DNA of 64,000 bases, taken from positions 33,956,782 through 34,020,781 of the forward strand of contig NC_057720.1 of the NCBI RefSeq assembly GCF_004010195.1, given 5' to 3'. Positions 11,106-22,500 of the stretch are shown piece by piece. The position numbers and the translations under genes were made by a program. Source of the DNA: Chiloscyllium plagiosum. Taxonomy: Eukaryota. Positions within the stretch are counted from its first letter, which is position 1; each line of letters starts with the position of its first letter. Under the pieces are notes generated by a model. It searched no databases and was not told the DNA's origin. It saw only the letters and a list, made by a program, of their open reading frames with translations.

Positions 11106-12670
11106 CTTCCAATTAAACCTGTTGGTCTATAACCTGGTGTTGTGCGATTTTTAACTTTGTCCACCCCAGTCCAACACCTGCAACTCCAAATCATCATTTC
11201 CTATATTCCACGTGGATTGCCTGGACTTGTCAGGTGAGCATAACAGCCTACCAAAAAATCATTTTTTCACCAAAAAAATCTTAGGTACTATAATCAGATG
11301 ATGGAAGTTGAATAACTGTAGTTCATTTTTACAGTCAAGCAATGGAAGAAGGCCTTATTCAGTAATAAGTGAAGATTCAAAATTTCTACAGCCAACAGTG
11401 TTCCAAACATCTGGGATGGCTTCGGTTCTGGAGTTAGAAAGGGATCTTAAATTATTAAAGAGGTCTCAGCACTGCTGCAAGGACTTATAGATGTTGAAGC
11501 TTCAGGCAGACGGGATGATGCACCAGCTCCATTGATAAAAGCTAACTGTATGCAACGCATTTTTATAATCATGCTCAGAGAGCACCAACATGAATTTGAT
11601 ACCTTTTTTAAAAAGCATCAAGCCTTGGAGCAAGTCCCTCAAGTAAACAACTGCAAGTATCTGATAAAAAGCTATCCAGGAGAAAGAATATGCTTGCATT
11701 TAAATTAGATTATGTCAGAAGTCAACATTCAGAACTTGTGAATCTGCTTAAATGACTGTAGACTTTGCAAAGGAGTTGCCTCAAGCCATGGAAACGTCTA
11801 AGGGTTTTCTCAATCAACAACTTGGGAATACAGAATGCCCAGGTGAAGCTAAAAGTTGAGCACCAAAGAAACTCGAACCGATCAAAGTTAAATGAGAATT
11901 GGAGGAGTCCAACTACCTCAAAGAGACTGCTGACCTAAAAGCCTCATTGGCAATCACACAATGCTGTCAAGCCTTCGAGACTGAAAAAGGTTTGCAGATG
12001 ATTTCAAGTGCCAGTGTTCTCATCTAATTGGCTCAACAGAAGAAATACATTTTTAAAGAAAAAAAACATTCTCTAATGGGAATGTTCAGAGCACCAAGAG
12101 CACTGTGGGCTATTAATGAATGATGATCTCATATTTGAAAAATAAATTAGAGGGAGAGAAAAAAATGCTCTTCAAAGTTTGTAGAACAATATAATGGGAA
12201 AGTAAGGTCTTATTAATGATCACATTCAGAATGAAGAATATCTTTTGAAAAAAAACGCTTAATAATAAGGACAAGATGACTCTGGATTAGCTCTTGGAAG
12301 GGAGCAATTACTGTGGAACAGATTTGCCAGTTGTCACTCACCTTGGGCTGGGAATTTCATTGACAATGTTTTGCCTCCACTGCCTTATCAGCAGCAGAAA
12401 CCCTCTTTATGACGAGCACATCTGCTGGTGACAGAGTAACTGAGTAGGAGAAATCACAAGGAAGTTCCTAGCAATAGAGCTCATAGATTTTATGTCATTG
12501 GCAAGAAGCAATTCTTTTTTCACTGAGTTGCCAGGTTTGGAATGCTTGACTTGTAAAAGAGATTCCAGAAATTATTTCAAGAGAAGGTGAACAAGTGAGT
12601 TTTGAGAAGATTTGTAGCTCGGGTTGAGGTTTTGGATGGAGGTTTGCTTGCTGAGCTGCAAGGTTCGTTT

Positions 12671-12710
12671 CCAAATGTTTCGTTACCCTACTAGGTAACA
12701 TCTTCAGTGG
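12671..12710 (-). ncRNA. Minimal hammerhead motif in the inverted pLTR (family C)
   Basis: Reverse complement CCA-CTGAAGA-T-GTTACC-tagtag-GGTAAC-GAAA-CA-TT-TGG. Perfect 6-bp stem II; the stem III palindrome is damaged (ACAT). Confidence 0.65.
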
Positions 12711-15653
12711 GCCTCGGGCAAAGCAATGCTGAAAATTCCAGCTTTCTATTTATATGTTTGGGTTTCTTTGGTGATGTCATTTCCTGTGGTGATGTTATTT
12801 CCTGTAGTAAAGTCACTTCCTGTTCCTTTTCTCAGGGACTGGTAGATGGGGTCTAACTCGATGTGTTTGTTGATAGAGTTCTGGTTGGAATGCCATGCTT
12901 CTAGTACAACACATCCACCCAAGGACAAGCCAAACAAAGACACACATGAGAATTCCTAGAACTCAATCAAGAAGCACATCGAGTTAGACCCCATCTACCA
13001 CCACCTGAGAAAAGGAACAGGAAGTGACTTCACCACAGAAAATGACATCACCAATCCAAAGAAACCCGAACATATAAATAGAAAGCAGTAATTTTCAGCA
13101 TGGCTTCACCTGAGTCCCACTGAAGATGTTACCTGGTAGGGTATGAAAAGTCTGGGAATGAACCTTGCAGCTCAGCAAGAAAACCTACATCCAAAACCTC
13201 AACCTGAGCCACAAATCTTCTCAAAACTCACTAAGACCTATGGGCACAGTAGGTTAAAACTGGCCTGAAATTGGGTAACGAATGCCATCTGACAGAGTGC
13301 CACCCTGCGAACAGCTGTACTTCCTGCACGAATGCCTAAGGAAATAGGTACTACCTAAATGTCTTCAATACAAACCGCCCCTTAACACCCCACTAGCCAT
13401 AAGAATAGCAGCGCAAAACAGCCGCAGAATGCTTTGAGAAATTATTAAGGATGCCCACAACAGACTCCATAAATACAACTGGGAAATTTTGCAACAAAAA
13501 TCTTTACTCAGTCATGCAACAGCCCATGAATGGACAGACACAGTACAACAAGCCATAGATATTAGACAGTGACAAACACAGAAAGTGAAAAAACTAGATC
13601 TGCAGAGAAAACTAGACAAACTTACACAAAGTAACAACAATGACAACACGGAAGCATGGATAAAATACTTATCTGACCAACCTTAACAGACACTGAAAAA
13701 GCCGTCTTAGTAAGAAGATTAAATTACAACCGCCAGGATGCGGACAAGAAAGATTTCTTAGCGGCATTAGAAACAACACTAAAAGACAACCAACTCACGG
13801 AAGAAACCTAGCAAACCATCAGACAGGTAGTCACACCAACATGAAGCAGAAAAAAGGAAGGATACACACTCAATACACAAGAAAAGAAAGCACGAGAAAG
13901 ACTGAAAAAAGATAAAAACATTATTATCCAACCTGCAGACAAAGGAGGCTTAACAGTCATTCTAAATTGAAGAGACTACATTGAAAAAGCGAATACACTA
14001 TTTACAGAAACCAACACTTACCAACAAGTGGTGATAGACCTGATCCCACAACTAGAGAACTGAATCACAGCCCTACTCAAAAAACTTCAGAAATCTGGAG
14101 AAATAAATAAGGCCGACTTCCAAAAAATGAAACCAGATGGATCCAACACACCATGCTTCTACGGATTACCCAAAATTCACAAACCAGGAGCCCCCCTCAG
14201 ACCCATAGTCTTGCGACCTGGAACACCAATTTACAGATTGGCCAAGGAGCTAGACCAAAGACAAAAACACTTTGTAGAAGACTCACGCTAATCCATCGAC
14301 TCCACCCAAGAATCCCTGAAGACCATCAAAGACGCTAAGATAGAAGAGGATGAAATAATGGTCTCTTTTGATGTAATAGCCCTGTTTACTTCAATCAACA
14401 TTGACCTGGCCAAGGAAACACTGACTACACTATTAGAAGACCCAAAGACACATACACCAAATACCATTAACTTCATCAACAGGGAGGATATCATCAAGCT
14501 AGTGGACCTATGCCTTACCACCCACTTCACCTTCAACAACAAAACCTACAGACAAACCAATGGAACACCCATAGGATCTCTGATATCAGGGTTCATAGCA
14601 GAGGCAGTAATGCAGAGACTTGAGCAAGCAGCTCTGCCAACGATCAAACCCGAATTTTGGATCGGATACGTGGATCACACCTTTGTCATCACTAAACAAA
14701 ACAAGTTAGAGGAAATTTTCAATGCCATCAATAATACCCTTATTGGCATAAACTTCACTAAAGAGGAAGAAAACAACAACAAACTGCTATTCCTAGATGT
14801 TACAGTAGAACGAACAGCCAATGGGGAACTTTAAACCAGCGCCCACAGGAAAACAACACATGCAGATCAAATATTGAACAACAGAAGCAATCATCCCAAC
14901 ATCCACAAACGAAGCTGCATCAGAACATTATTCCAACGAGCCACCACACACTGCAGCACAGAGGAACTACGCAGAGCAGAGGAAAATCACCTATACCGGG
15001 TGTTCAAAAAGAATGGGTACCCAATGAACACAGTCCGCTGATTTCTCAGCAACATCCCAACAGGCAGACAAAACACATCCAGAAACCCTAGCCATTCTCC
15101 CCTACATCAAAGACATCTCAGAAATGACTGCCAGACTACGCAGATATTTTGGCATCATGGTAGCCCACAAACCTGCCACAAACTAAAACTGCAGCTAATG
15201 AACATGAAAGACCCTATACAGCCAACAAGCAAAACTAATATCATTTACAAGATACCGTGCAAGAACTGTAACAAACACAATATTGGACAAACAGACAGAA
15301 AACTAGACACCAGGATACATGAACACCAACTAGCCACAAAAATACATAACCCTCTCTCATTAGTGTCTCACATATGGAGGAGGAAGGACACACTTTGACC
15401 GGGACAGCACATCCATCCTAGGACAAACCAAACAAAGACATGCATGAGAATTCCTAGAAGCATGGCATTCCAACCGGAACTCTTATCAACAAACACATCG
15501 AGTTAGACCCCATCTACCACCCCCTGAGAAAAGAAACAGGAAATGACTTCACTACAGGAAATAACATCACCACAGGAAATGACATCACCAACCCAGAGAA
15601 ATTCAAACATATAAATAGAAAGCAGGAATCTTCAGCATTGCTTTGCTTGAGGC

Positions 15654-15693
15654 CCACTGAAGATGTTACCTAGGAGGGTAATGAAATGTTTGG
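15654..15693 (+). ncRNA. Minimal hammerhead motif in the 3' pLTR (family C)
   Basis: CCA-CTGAAGA-T-GTTACC-taggag-GGTAAT-GAAA-TG-TT-TGG. A more damaged copy lies at 13117-13155. Confidence 0.65.
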
Positions 15694-15794
15694 AAATGAA
15701 CCTTGCAACTCAGCGAACAAATCTATATCTAAGGTGCACATGAAACAAATAAAAAGCCAGCAGACTAGAGGACCGAACAATATGAGGATAGCCG

Positions 15795-16540
15795 CGGGCA
15801 GAGGCCTGAGCTGAGCGGGGATGGCCAGTAGGCTGGAGGCTTGAGTGGAGTCGGGACGGCCAGTGGGCTGGAGGCCAGAGTAGAGAGATGACCAGTGGGC
15901 TGGAGGCTTGAGTGGAGTGGGTATGGCCAGCGTGCTGGTGGCTGAAGCAGAGAGGAAATGACCAGTGGGCTAGAGGCCTGAGCTGAGTGGGGATGGCAAG
16001 TGGGCTGGAGGCATGAGCGTAGAGGAATAGCCAGTGAGCTGGAGGCTCGAGCGGAGAAGGGATGACCATTGGGCTAGAGGTCTGAGTGGAGAGGGGATGG
16101 CCGGGTGCCTGGACGCCTGAATAAAGATGGCCAGAGCAGAGGGGGTATGGTCAGGGGCCTGGAGACCTGAGCCGTGTGCAGATGGGCGGTGGGCTGGAGG
16201 CCTGAGTGGAGCAGGGATGGCTACTGAGCTGGAGGCCCAAACAGAGTGGGAATGGCCTATGGGCTGGAGGTCCAAGCAGAGCTAGGCTGGCCATTGGGCT
16301 AGAGGCCCAAGTGGGATGAGTCTGGTCAGGGGCCTGGAGGCTTGAGCAGAGTGGGATGGTCAGTGGGCTGGAGGCTTGAGCGGAACGAGGATGGCCAGGG
16401 GCCGGGAGGCCCGCGCATAGATGGCACTGAGCTGGTGGTCCGAGCAGAGCAGGGTTGGCCAGTCGGCTGGAGTCCCAAGCAGAGTAGGGACAGACAGTGG
16501 GGTGGAGGTCCGAGCAAAGTGGGATGGTCAGTGGGCTGGA
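15795..16540 (+). repeat. Degenerate ~35-bp tandem repeat forming the diverged edge of the minisatellite
   Basis: The ctggagg-type anchor recurs at 15833, 15868, 15900, 15935, 15970, 16005, 16039 and 16074 (mostly 35-bp spacing). Confidence 0.85.
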
Positions 16541-19500
16541 GACCTGAGAGGAGATGGTCAGTGGGCTGGAGGCCCGAGCAGAGATGGTCAGTGGGCTGAA
16601 GGCCCGAGTGGGGATGGTCAGTGGGCTGGAGGCCCAAGCAGAGATGGTCAGTGGGCTGGAGGCCCGAGGAGATGGTCAGTGGGCTGGAGGCCCGANNNNN
16701 NNNNNNNNNNNNNNNNNNNNNNNNNNNNNNNNNNNNNNNNNNNNNNNNNNNNNNNNNNNNNNNNNNNNNNNNNNNNNNNNNNNNNNNNNNNNNNNNNNNN
16801 NNNNNNNNNNNNNNNNNNNNNNNNNNNNNNNNNNNNNNNNNNNNNNNNNNNNNNNNNNNNNNNNNNNNNNNNNNNNNNNNNNNNNNNNNNNNNNNNNNNN
16901 NNNNNNNNNNNNNNNNNNNNNNNNNNNNNNNNNNNNNNNNNNNNNNNNNNNNNNNNNNNNNNNNNNNNNNNNNNNNNNNNNNNNNNNNNNNNNNNNNNNN
17001 NNNNNNNNNNNNNNNNNNNNNNNNNNNNNNNNNNNNNNNNNNNNNNNNNNNNNNNNNNNNNNNNNNNNNNNNNNNNNGGAGATGGCCCGTGGGCTGGAGG
17101 CCCGAGTGGAGATGGTCAGTGGGCTGGTGGCACGAGCGGAGATGGTCAGTGGGCTGGAGGCCCGAGTGGAGATGGCCCGTGGGCTGGAGGCCCGAGTGGA
17201 GATGGTCAGTGGGCTGGAGGCCAGAGTGGAGATGGTCAGTGGGCTGGAGGCCCGAGGAGATGGTCAGTGGCGGGAGGCCAGAGCGGAGATTGTCAGCGGG
17301 CTGGAGGCCCGAGTGGAGATGGCCCGTGGGCTGGAGGCCCGAGTGGAGATGGTCCGTGGGCTGGAGGCCCGAGTGGAGATGGCCCGTGGGCTGGAGGCCC
17401 GAGTGGCGATGGTCAGTGGGCTGGTGGCACGAGCGGAGATGGTAAGTGGGCTAGTGCCATGAGCGGAGATGGTCAGTGGGCTGGAGGACCGAGTGGAATT
17501 GGTCAGTGGGCTGGAGGCCCGAATGAAGATGGTCAGTGGGCTGGAGGCCCGAGCGGAGATGGCCCGTGGGCTGGAGGCCCGAGCGGAGATGGTCCGTGGG
17601 CTTGAGGCCAGAGTGGAGATGGTCCGTGGGCTGAAGGCCCGAGCGGAGATGGTCCGTGGGCTGGAGGCCCGAGCGGAGATGGTCAGTGGGCTGGAGGCCA
17701 GAGCGGAGATGGTCAGTGGGCTGGTGGCACGAGCAGAGATGGTCAGTGGGCTGGTGGCACGAGCGGAGATGGTCATTGGGCTGGAGGCCCAAGTGGAGGT
17801 GGCCCGTGGGCTGGAGGCCCGAGTGGAGATGGCCCGTGGGCTGGAGGCCCGAGTGGAGATGGTCAGTGGGCTGGAGGCCAGAGTGGAGATGGTCAGTGGG
17901 CTGGAGGCCCGAGGAGATGGTCAGTGGGCTGGAGGCCAGAGCGGAGATGGTCAGCAGGCTGGAGGACTGAGTACACTTGGTCAGTGGGCTGGAGGCCCGA
18001 GTGGAGATGGCCTGTGGGCTGGAGGCCAGAGTGGAGATGGCCCATGGGCTGGAGGCCCGAGTGGAGATGGCCCGTGGGCTGGAGGCCCGAGTGGCGATGG
18101 TCAGTGGGCTGGTGGCACGAGCGGAGATGGTAAGTGGGCTAGTGCCACGAGCGGAGATGGTCAGTGGGCTGGAGGACCGAGTGGAATTGGTCAGTGGGCT
18201 GGAGGCCCGAATGAAGATGGTCAGTGGGCTGGAGGCCCGAGCGGAGATGGCCCGTGGGCTGGAGGCCCGAGCGGAGATGGTCAGTGGGCTGGAGGCCCGA
18301 GTGGAGATGATCAGTGGGCTGGAGGCCTGAGTGGAGATGGCCCGTGGGCTGGAGGCCCGAGTGGAGATGGTCAGTGGGCAGGAGGCCCGAGTAGAATTGG
18401 TCAGTGGGCTGGAGGCCAGAGCGGAGATGGTCAGCGGGCTGGAGGCCTGAGTAGACTTGGTCAGTGGGCTGGAGGCCCGAGCGAAGATGGTCAGTGGGCT
18501 GGTGGCCCGAGTGCAGATGGCCCCTGGGCTGGTGGCCCGAGTGGAGATGGCCAGTGGGCTGGTGGCACAAGTGGAGATGGTCAGTGGGCTGGAGGCCCGA
18601 GATGAGATGGCCCGTGGGCTGGAGGCCCAAGTGGAGATGGTCAGTGGGCTGGAGGCCCGAGTGTAGATGGTCAGTGGGCTGGAGGCCCAAGTAGAATTGG
18701 TCAGTGGGCTGGAGGCCAGAGCGGAGATGGTCAGTGGGCTGGAGCTTCGAGGAGATGGTCAGTGGGCTGGAGGCCCGAGTGGAGATGGTCCGTGGGCTGG
18801 AGGCCTGAGTAGAATTGGTCAGTGGGCTGGAGGCCAGAGCGGAGATGGTCAGTGGGCTGGAGACCTGAGTAGAATTAGTCAGTGGGCTGGAGGCCCGACT
18901 GGGGATGGTCAGTGGGCTGGAGGCCCGTGTTGAGGTGGCCCGTGGGCTGGAGGCCCGAGTGGAGATGGCCAGTGGGCTGGAGGCCCGAGCGGAGATGGTC
19001 AGTGGGCTGGAGGCCCGAGGAGATGGCCAGTGGGCAGGAGGCCCGAGCGGAGATGGTCCGTGGGCTTGAGGCCCGAGCGGAGATGGTCCGTGGGCTGGAG
19101 GCCCGAGCGGAGATGGTCCGTGGGCTGGTGGCACGAGCGGAGATGGTTTGTGGGCTGGAGGCCAGAGCGGAGATGGTCTGTGGGCTGGAGGCCAGAGCGG
19201 AGATGGTCAGTGGGCTGGAGGCCAGAGCGGAGATGGTCAGTAGGCTGGAGGCCCGACTGGGGATGGTCAGTGGGCTGGAGGCCCGTCTGGGGATGGTCAG
19301 TGGGCTGGAGGCCCGAGGAGATGGTCTGTGGGCTAGAGGCCCAAGCGGAGATGGTCTGTGTGCTGGAGGCCCGAGTGGAGATGACCAGTGGGCTGGTGGC
19401 ACAAGTGAAGATGGTCAGTGGGCTGGAGGCCCGAGCGGAGATGGCCCGTGGGCTGGAGGCCCGAGTAGAATTGGTCAGTGGGCTGGAGGCCCGAGTGGAC

Positions 19501-22500
19501 ATGGTCAGTGGGCTGGAACCCCGAGTTGAGATGGTCAGTGGGCAGGAGGCCCAAGTGGAGATGGCCCGTGGGCTGGAGGCCCGAGTGGAGATGGTCAGTG
19601 GGCTGGAGGCCCGCGTTGAATTGGTCAGTGGGCTGGAGGCCCGAGTGGAGATGGTCAGTGGGCTGGAGGCCCGTGTTGAGATGGCCCATGGGCTGGAGGC
19701 CCAAGTGGAGATGGTCAGTGGGCTGGAGACCCGAGTGGAGATGGTCAGTGGGCTGGAGGCCCGAGTAGAATTGGTCAGTGGGCTGGAGGCCAGAGTGGAG
19801 ATGGTCAGTGGGCTGGAGGCCCGAGTGGAGATGGTCAGTGGGCTGGAGGTCCGAGGACATGGTCCGTGGGCTTGAGGCCCGAGCGGAGATGGTCTGTGGG
19901 CTTGAGGCCCGAGCGGAGATGGTCAGTGGGCTGGATGCCCGAGCGGAGATGGTCAGTGGGCTGGAGGCCCGAGCGGAGATGGTCTGTGGGCTGGAGGCCC
20001 GAGCGGAGATGGTCTGTGGGCTGGAGGCCTGAGCGGAGATGGTCCGTGGGCTGTTGGCAAGGGCGGAGATGGTCAGTGGCCTGGTGGCACAAGTGGTGAT
20101 GGTCAGTGGGCTAGAGGCCTGAGTAGAATTGGTCAGTGGGCTGGAGGCCCGAGTGGAGATGGTCAGTGGGCTGGAGGCCCGAGATGAGATGGCCCGTGGG
20201 CTGGAGGCCCAAGTGGAGATGGTCTGTGGGCTTGAGGCCCAGCGGAGATGGTCAGTGGGCTGGATGCCCGAGTAGAATTGGTCAGTGGGCTGGAGGCCCG
20301 AGCGGAGATGGTCAGTGGGCTGGAGGTCCGAGGAGATGGTCAGTGGGCAGGAGGCCCGAGCGGAGATGGTCTGTGGGCTGGAGGCCTGAGCGGAGATGGT
20401 CCGTGGGCTGGTGGCACGAGCGGAGATGGTCAGTGGCCTGGTGGCACAAGTGGAGATGGTCAGTGGGCTGGAGGCCTGAGTAGAATTGGTCAGTGGGCTG
20501 GAGGCCCAAGTGGAGATGGTCAGTGGGCTGGAGGCCCGAGTGGAGATGGTCAGTGGGCTGGAGGCCCGAGTAGAATCGGTCAGTGGGCTGGAGGCCAGAG
20601 CGGAGATGGTCAGTGGGCTGGAGGTTCGAGGAGATGGTCAGTGGGCTGGAGGCCCGGGTAGAATTGGTCAGTGGGCTGGAGGCCCGAGCGGAGATAGTCA
20701 GTGGGCTGGAGGTCCGAGGAGATGGCCAGTGGGCAGGAGGCCCGAGCGGAGATGGTCCGTGGGCTTGAGGCCCGAGCGGAGATGGTCTGTGGGCTGGAGG
20801 CCCGAGCGGAGATGGCCCGTGGGCTGGTGGCACGAGCGGAGATGGTCAGTGGGCTGGAGGCCCGAGTAGAATTGGTCAGTGGGCTGGAGGCCAGAGCGGA
20901 GATGGTCAGTGGGCTGGAGGCCCGAGGAGATGGTCAGTAGGCTTGAGGCCCGACTGGGGATGGTCAGTGGGCTGGAGGCCCGACTGGGGATGGTCAGTGG
21001 GCTGGAGGCCCGAGGAGATGGTCTGTGGGCTAGAGGCCCGAGCGGAGATGGTCTGTGTGCTGGAGGCCCGTGGAGATGACCAGTGGGCTGGTGGCACAAG
21101 TGAAGATGGTCAGTGGGCTGGAGGCCCGAGCAGAGATGGCCCGTGGGCTGGAGGCCCGAGTGGACTTGGTCAGTGGGCTGGAGGCCCGAGTGGACATGGT
21201 CAGTGGGCTGGAGGCCCGAGTTGAGATGGTCAGTGGGCAGGAGGCCCGAGTGGAGATGGCCCGTGGGCTGGAGGCCCGAGTGGAGATGGTCAGTGGGCTG
21301 GAGGCCTGCGTTGAATTGGTCAGTGGGCTGGAGGCCCGAGCAGAGATGGTCAGGGGGCTGGAGGCCCAAGCGGAGATGGTCAGTGGGCAGGAGGCCCGAG
21401 TGGAGATGGTCAGTGGGCTGGAGGCCCGAGTTGAGATGGCCCATGGGCTGGAGGCCCAAGTGGAGATGGCCAGTGGGCTGGAGGCCCGAGTGGAGATGGT
21501 CAGTGGGCTGGAGGTCCTAGTAGAATTGGTCAGTGGGCTGGAGGCCGGAGCGGAGATGGCCAGTGGGCGGGAGGCCCGAGGCGATGGTCAGTGGGCTGGA
21601 GGCTCAAGCAGAGATGGTCAGTGGGCTGGAGGCACGACTTGGGATGGTCAGTGTGCTGGAGGCCCGAGCAGAGATGGCCCGTGGGCTGGAGGCCCGAGCA
21701 GAGATGGCCCGTGGGCTGGAGGCCCGAGCGGAGATGGTCCGTGGGCTGGAGGCCCGAGTGGAGATGGTCAGTGGGCTGGAGGCCCGAGTGGAGATGGTCA
21801 GTGGGCTGGAGGCCCGAGTTGAGATGGCCCATGGGCTGGAGGCCCAAGTGGAGATGGTCAGTGGGCTGGAGGCCCGAGTAGAATTGGTCAGTGGGCTGGA
21901 GGCCAGAGCGGAGATGGTCAGTGGGCTGGAGGCCCGAGGAGATGGTCAGTGGGGTGGAGGCCCGAGCAGAGATGGTCAGTGGGCTGGAGGCCCGACTGGG
22001 GATCGTCAGTGTGCTGGAGGCCAGAGCGGAGGTGGTCTGTGGGCTGGAGACCCGAGCGGAGATGGTCCGTGGGCTGGAGACCTGAGTGGAGATGGTCCGT
22101 GGGCTGGAGGCCCGAGCTGAAATGGTCGGAGGGCTGGAACCCGAGCGGAGATGGTCCGTGGGCTGGAGGCCCAAGCGGAGATGGTTAGTAGGCTGGAGGC
22201 CCGAGTGGAGATGGTCAGTGGGCTGGAGGTCCTAGTAGAATTGGTCAGTGGGCTGGAGGCCCGAGTGGAGATGGTCAGTGGGCTGGTGGCACGAGCGGAG
22301 ATGGTCAGTGGGCCGGTGGCACGAGCGGAGATGGCCCGTGGGCTTGAGGCCCGAGCGGAGATGGTCAGTGGGCTGGAGGCCCGAGCGGAGATGGTCAGTG
22401 TGCTGGAGGCCCGAGGAGATGGTCAGTGGGCTGGAGGCCCGAGCGGAGATGGTCTGTGGGCTGGAGGCCCGATCCGAGCGGAGATGGTCAGTGGGCTAGA

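Larger units (their letters stand above)
10975..11196. mobile_element. Fold-back PLE-derived mini-element (family A), 11-bp TSD, intact hammerhead motif on each strand
   Basis: Inverted arms of about 90 bp centred on 11065. TSD tttcctatatt at 10964-10974 and 11197-11207. Confidence 0.88.
12594..15730 (+). mobile_element. Penelope-like retroelement (Poseidon-type), near full length but decayed: inverted pLTR + pLTR + RT/GIY-YIG ORF + pLTR
   Basis: RT motifs VSFDVIALFTSI, GTPIGSLISG and YVDH (a damaged YVDD); GIY-YIG-like NIIYKIPCKNCNKHNIGQT...RIHEH. Terminal repeat is inverted at ~12594-12903 and direct at ~12904-13232 and ~15405-15730. Possible TSD aaggtg(a/c)aca at 12584-12593 and 15731-15740. 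Many stops and frameshifts. Confidence 0.92.
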
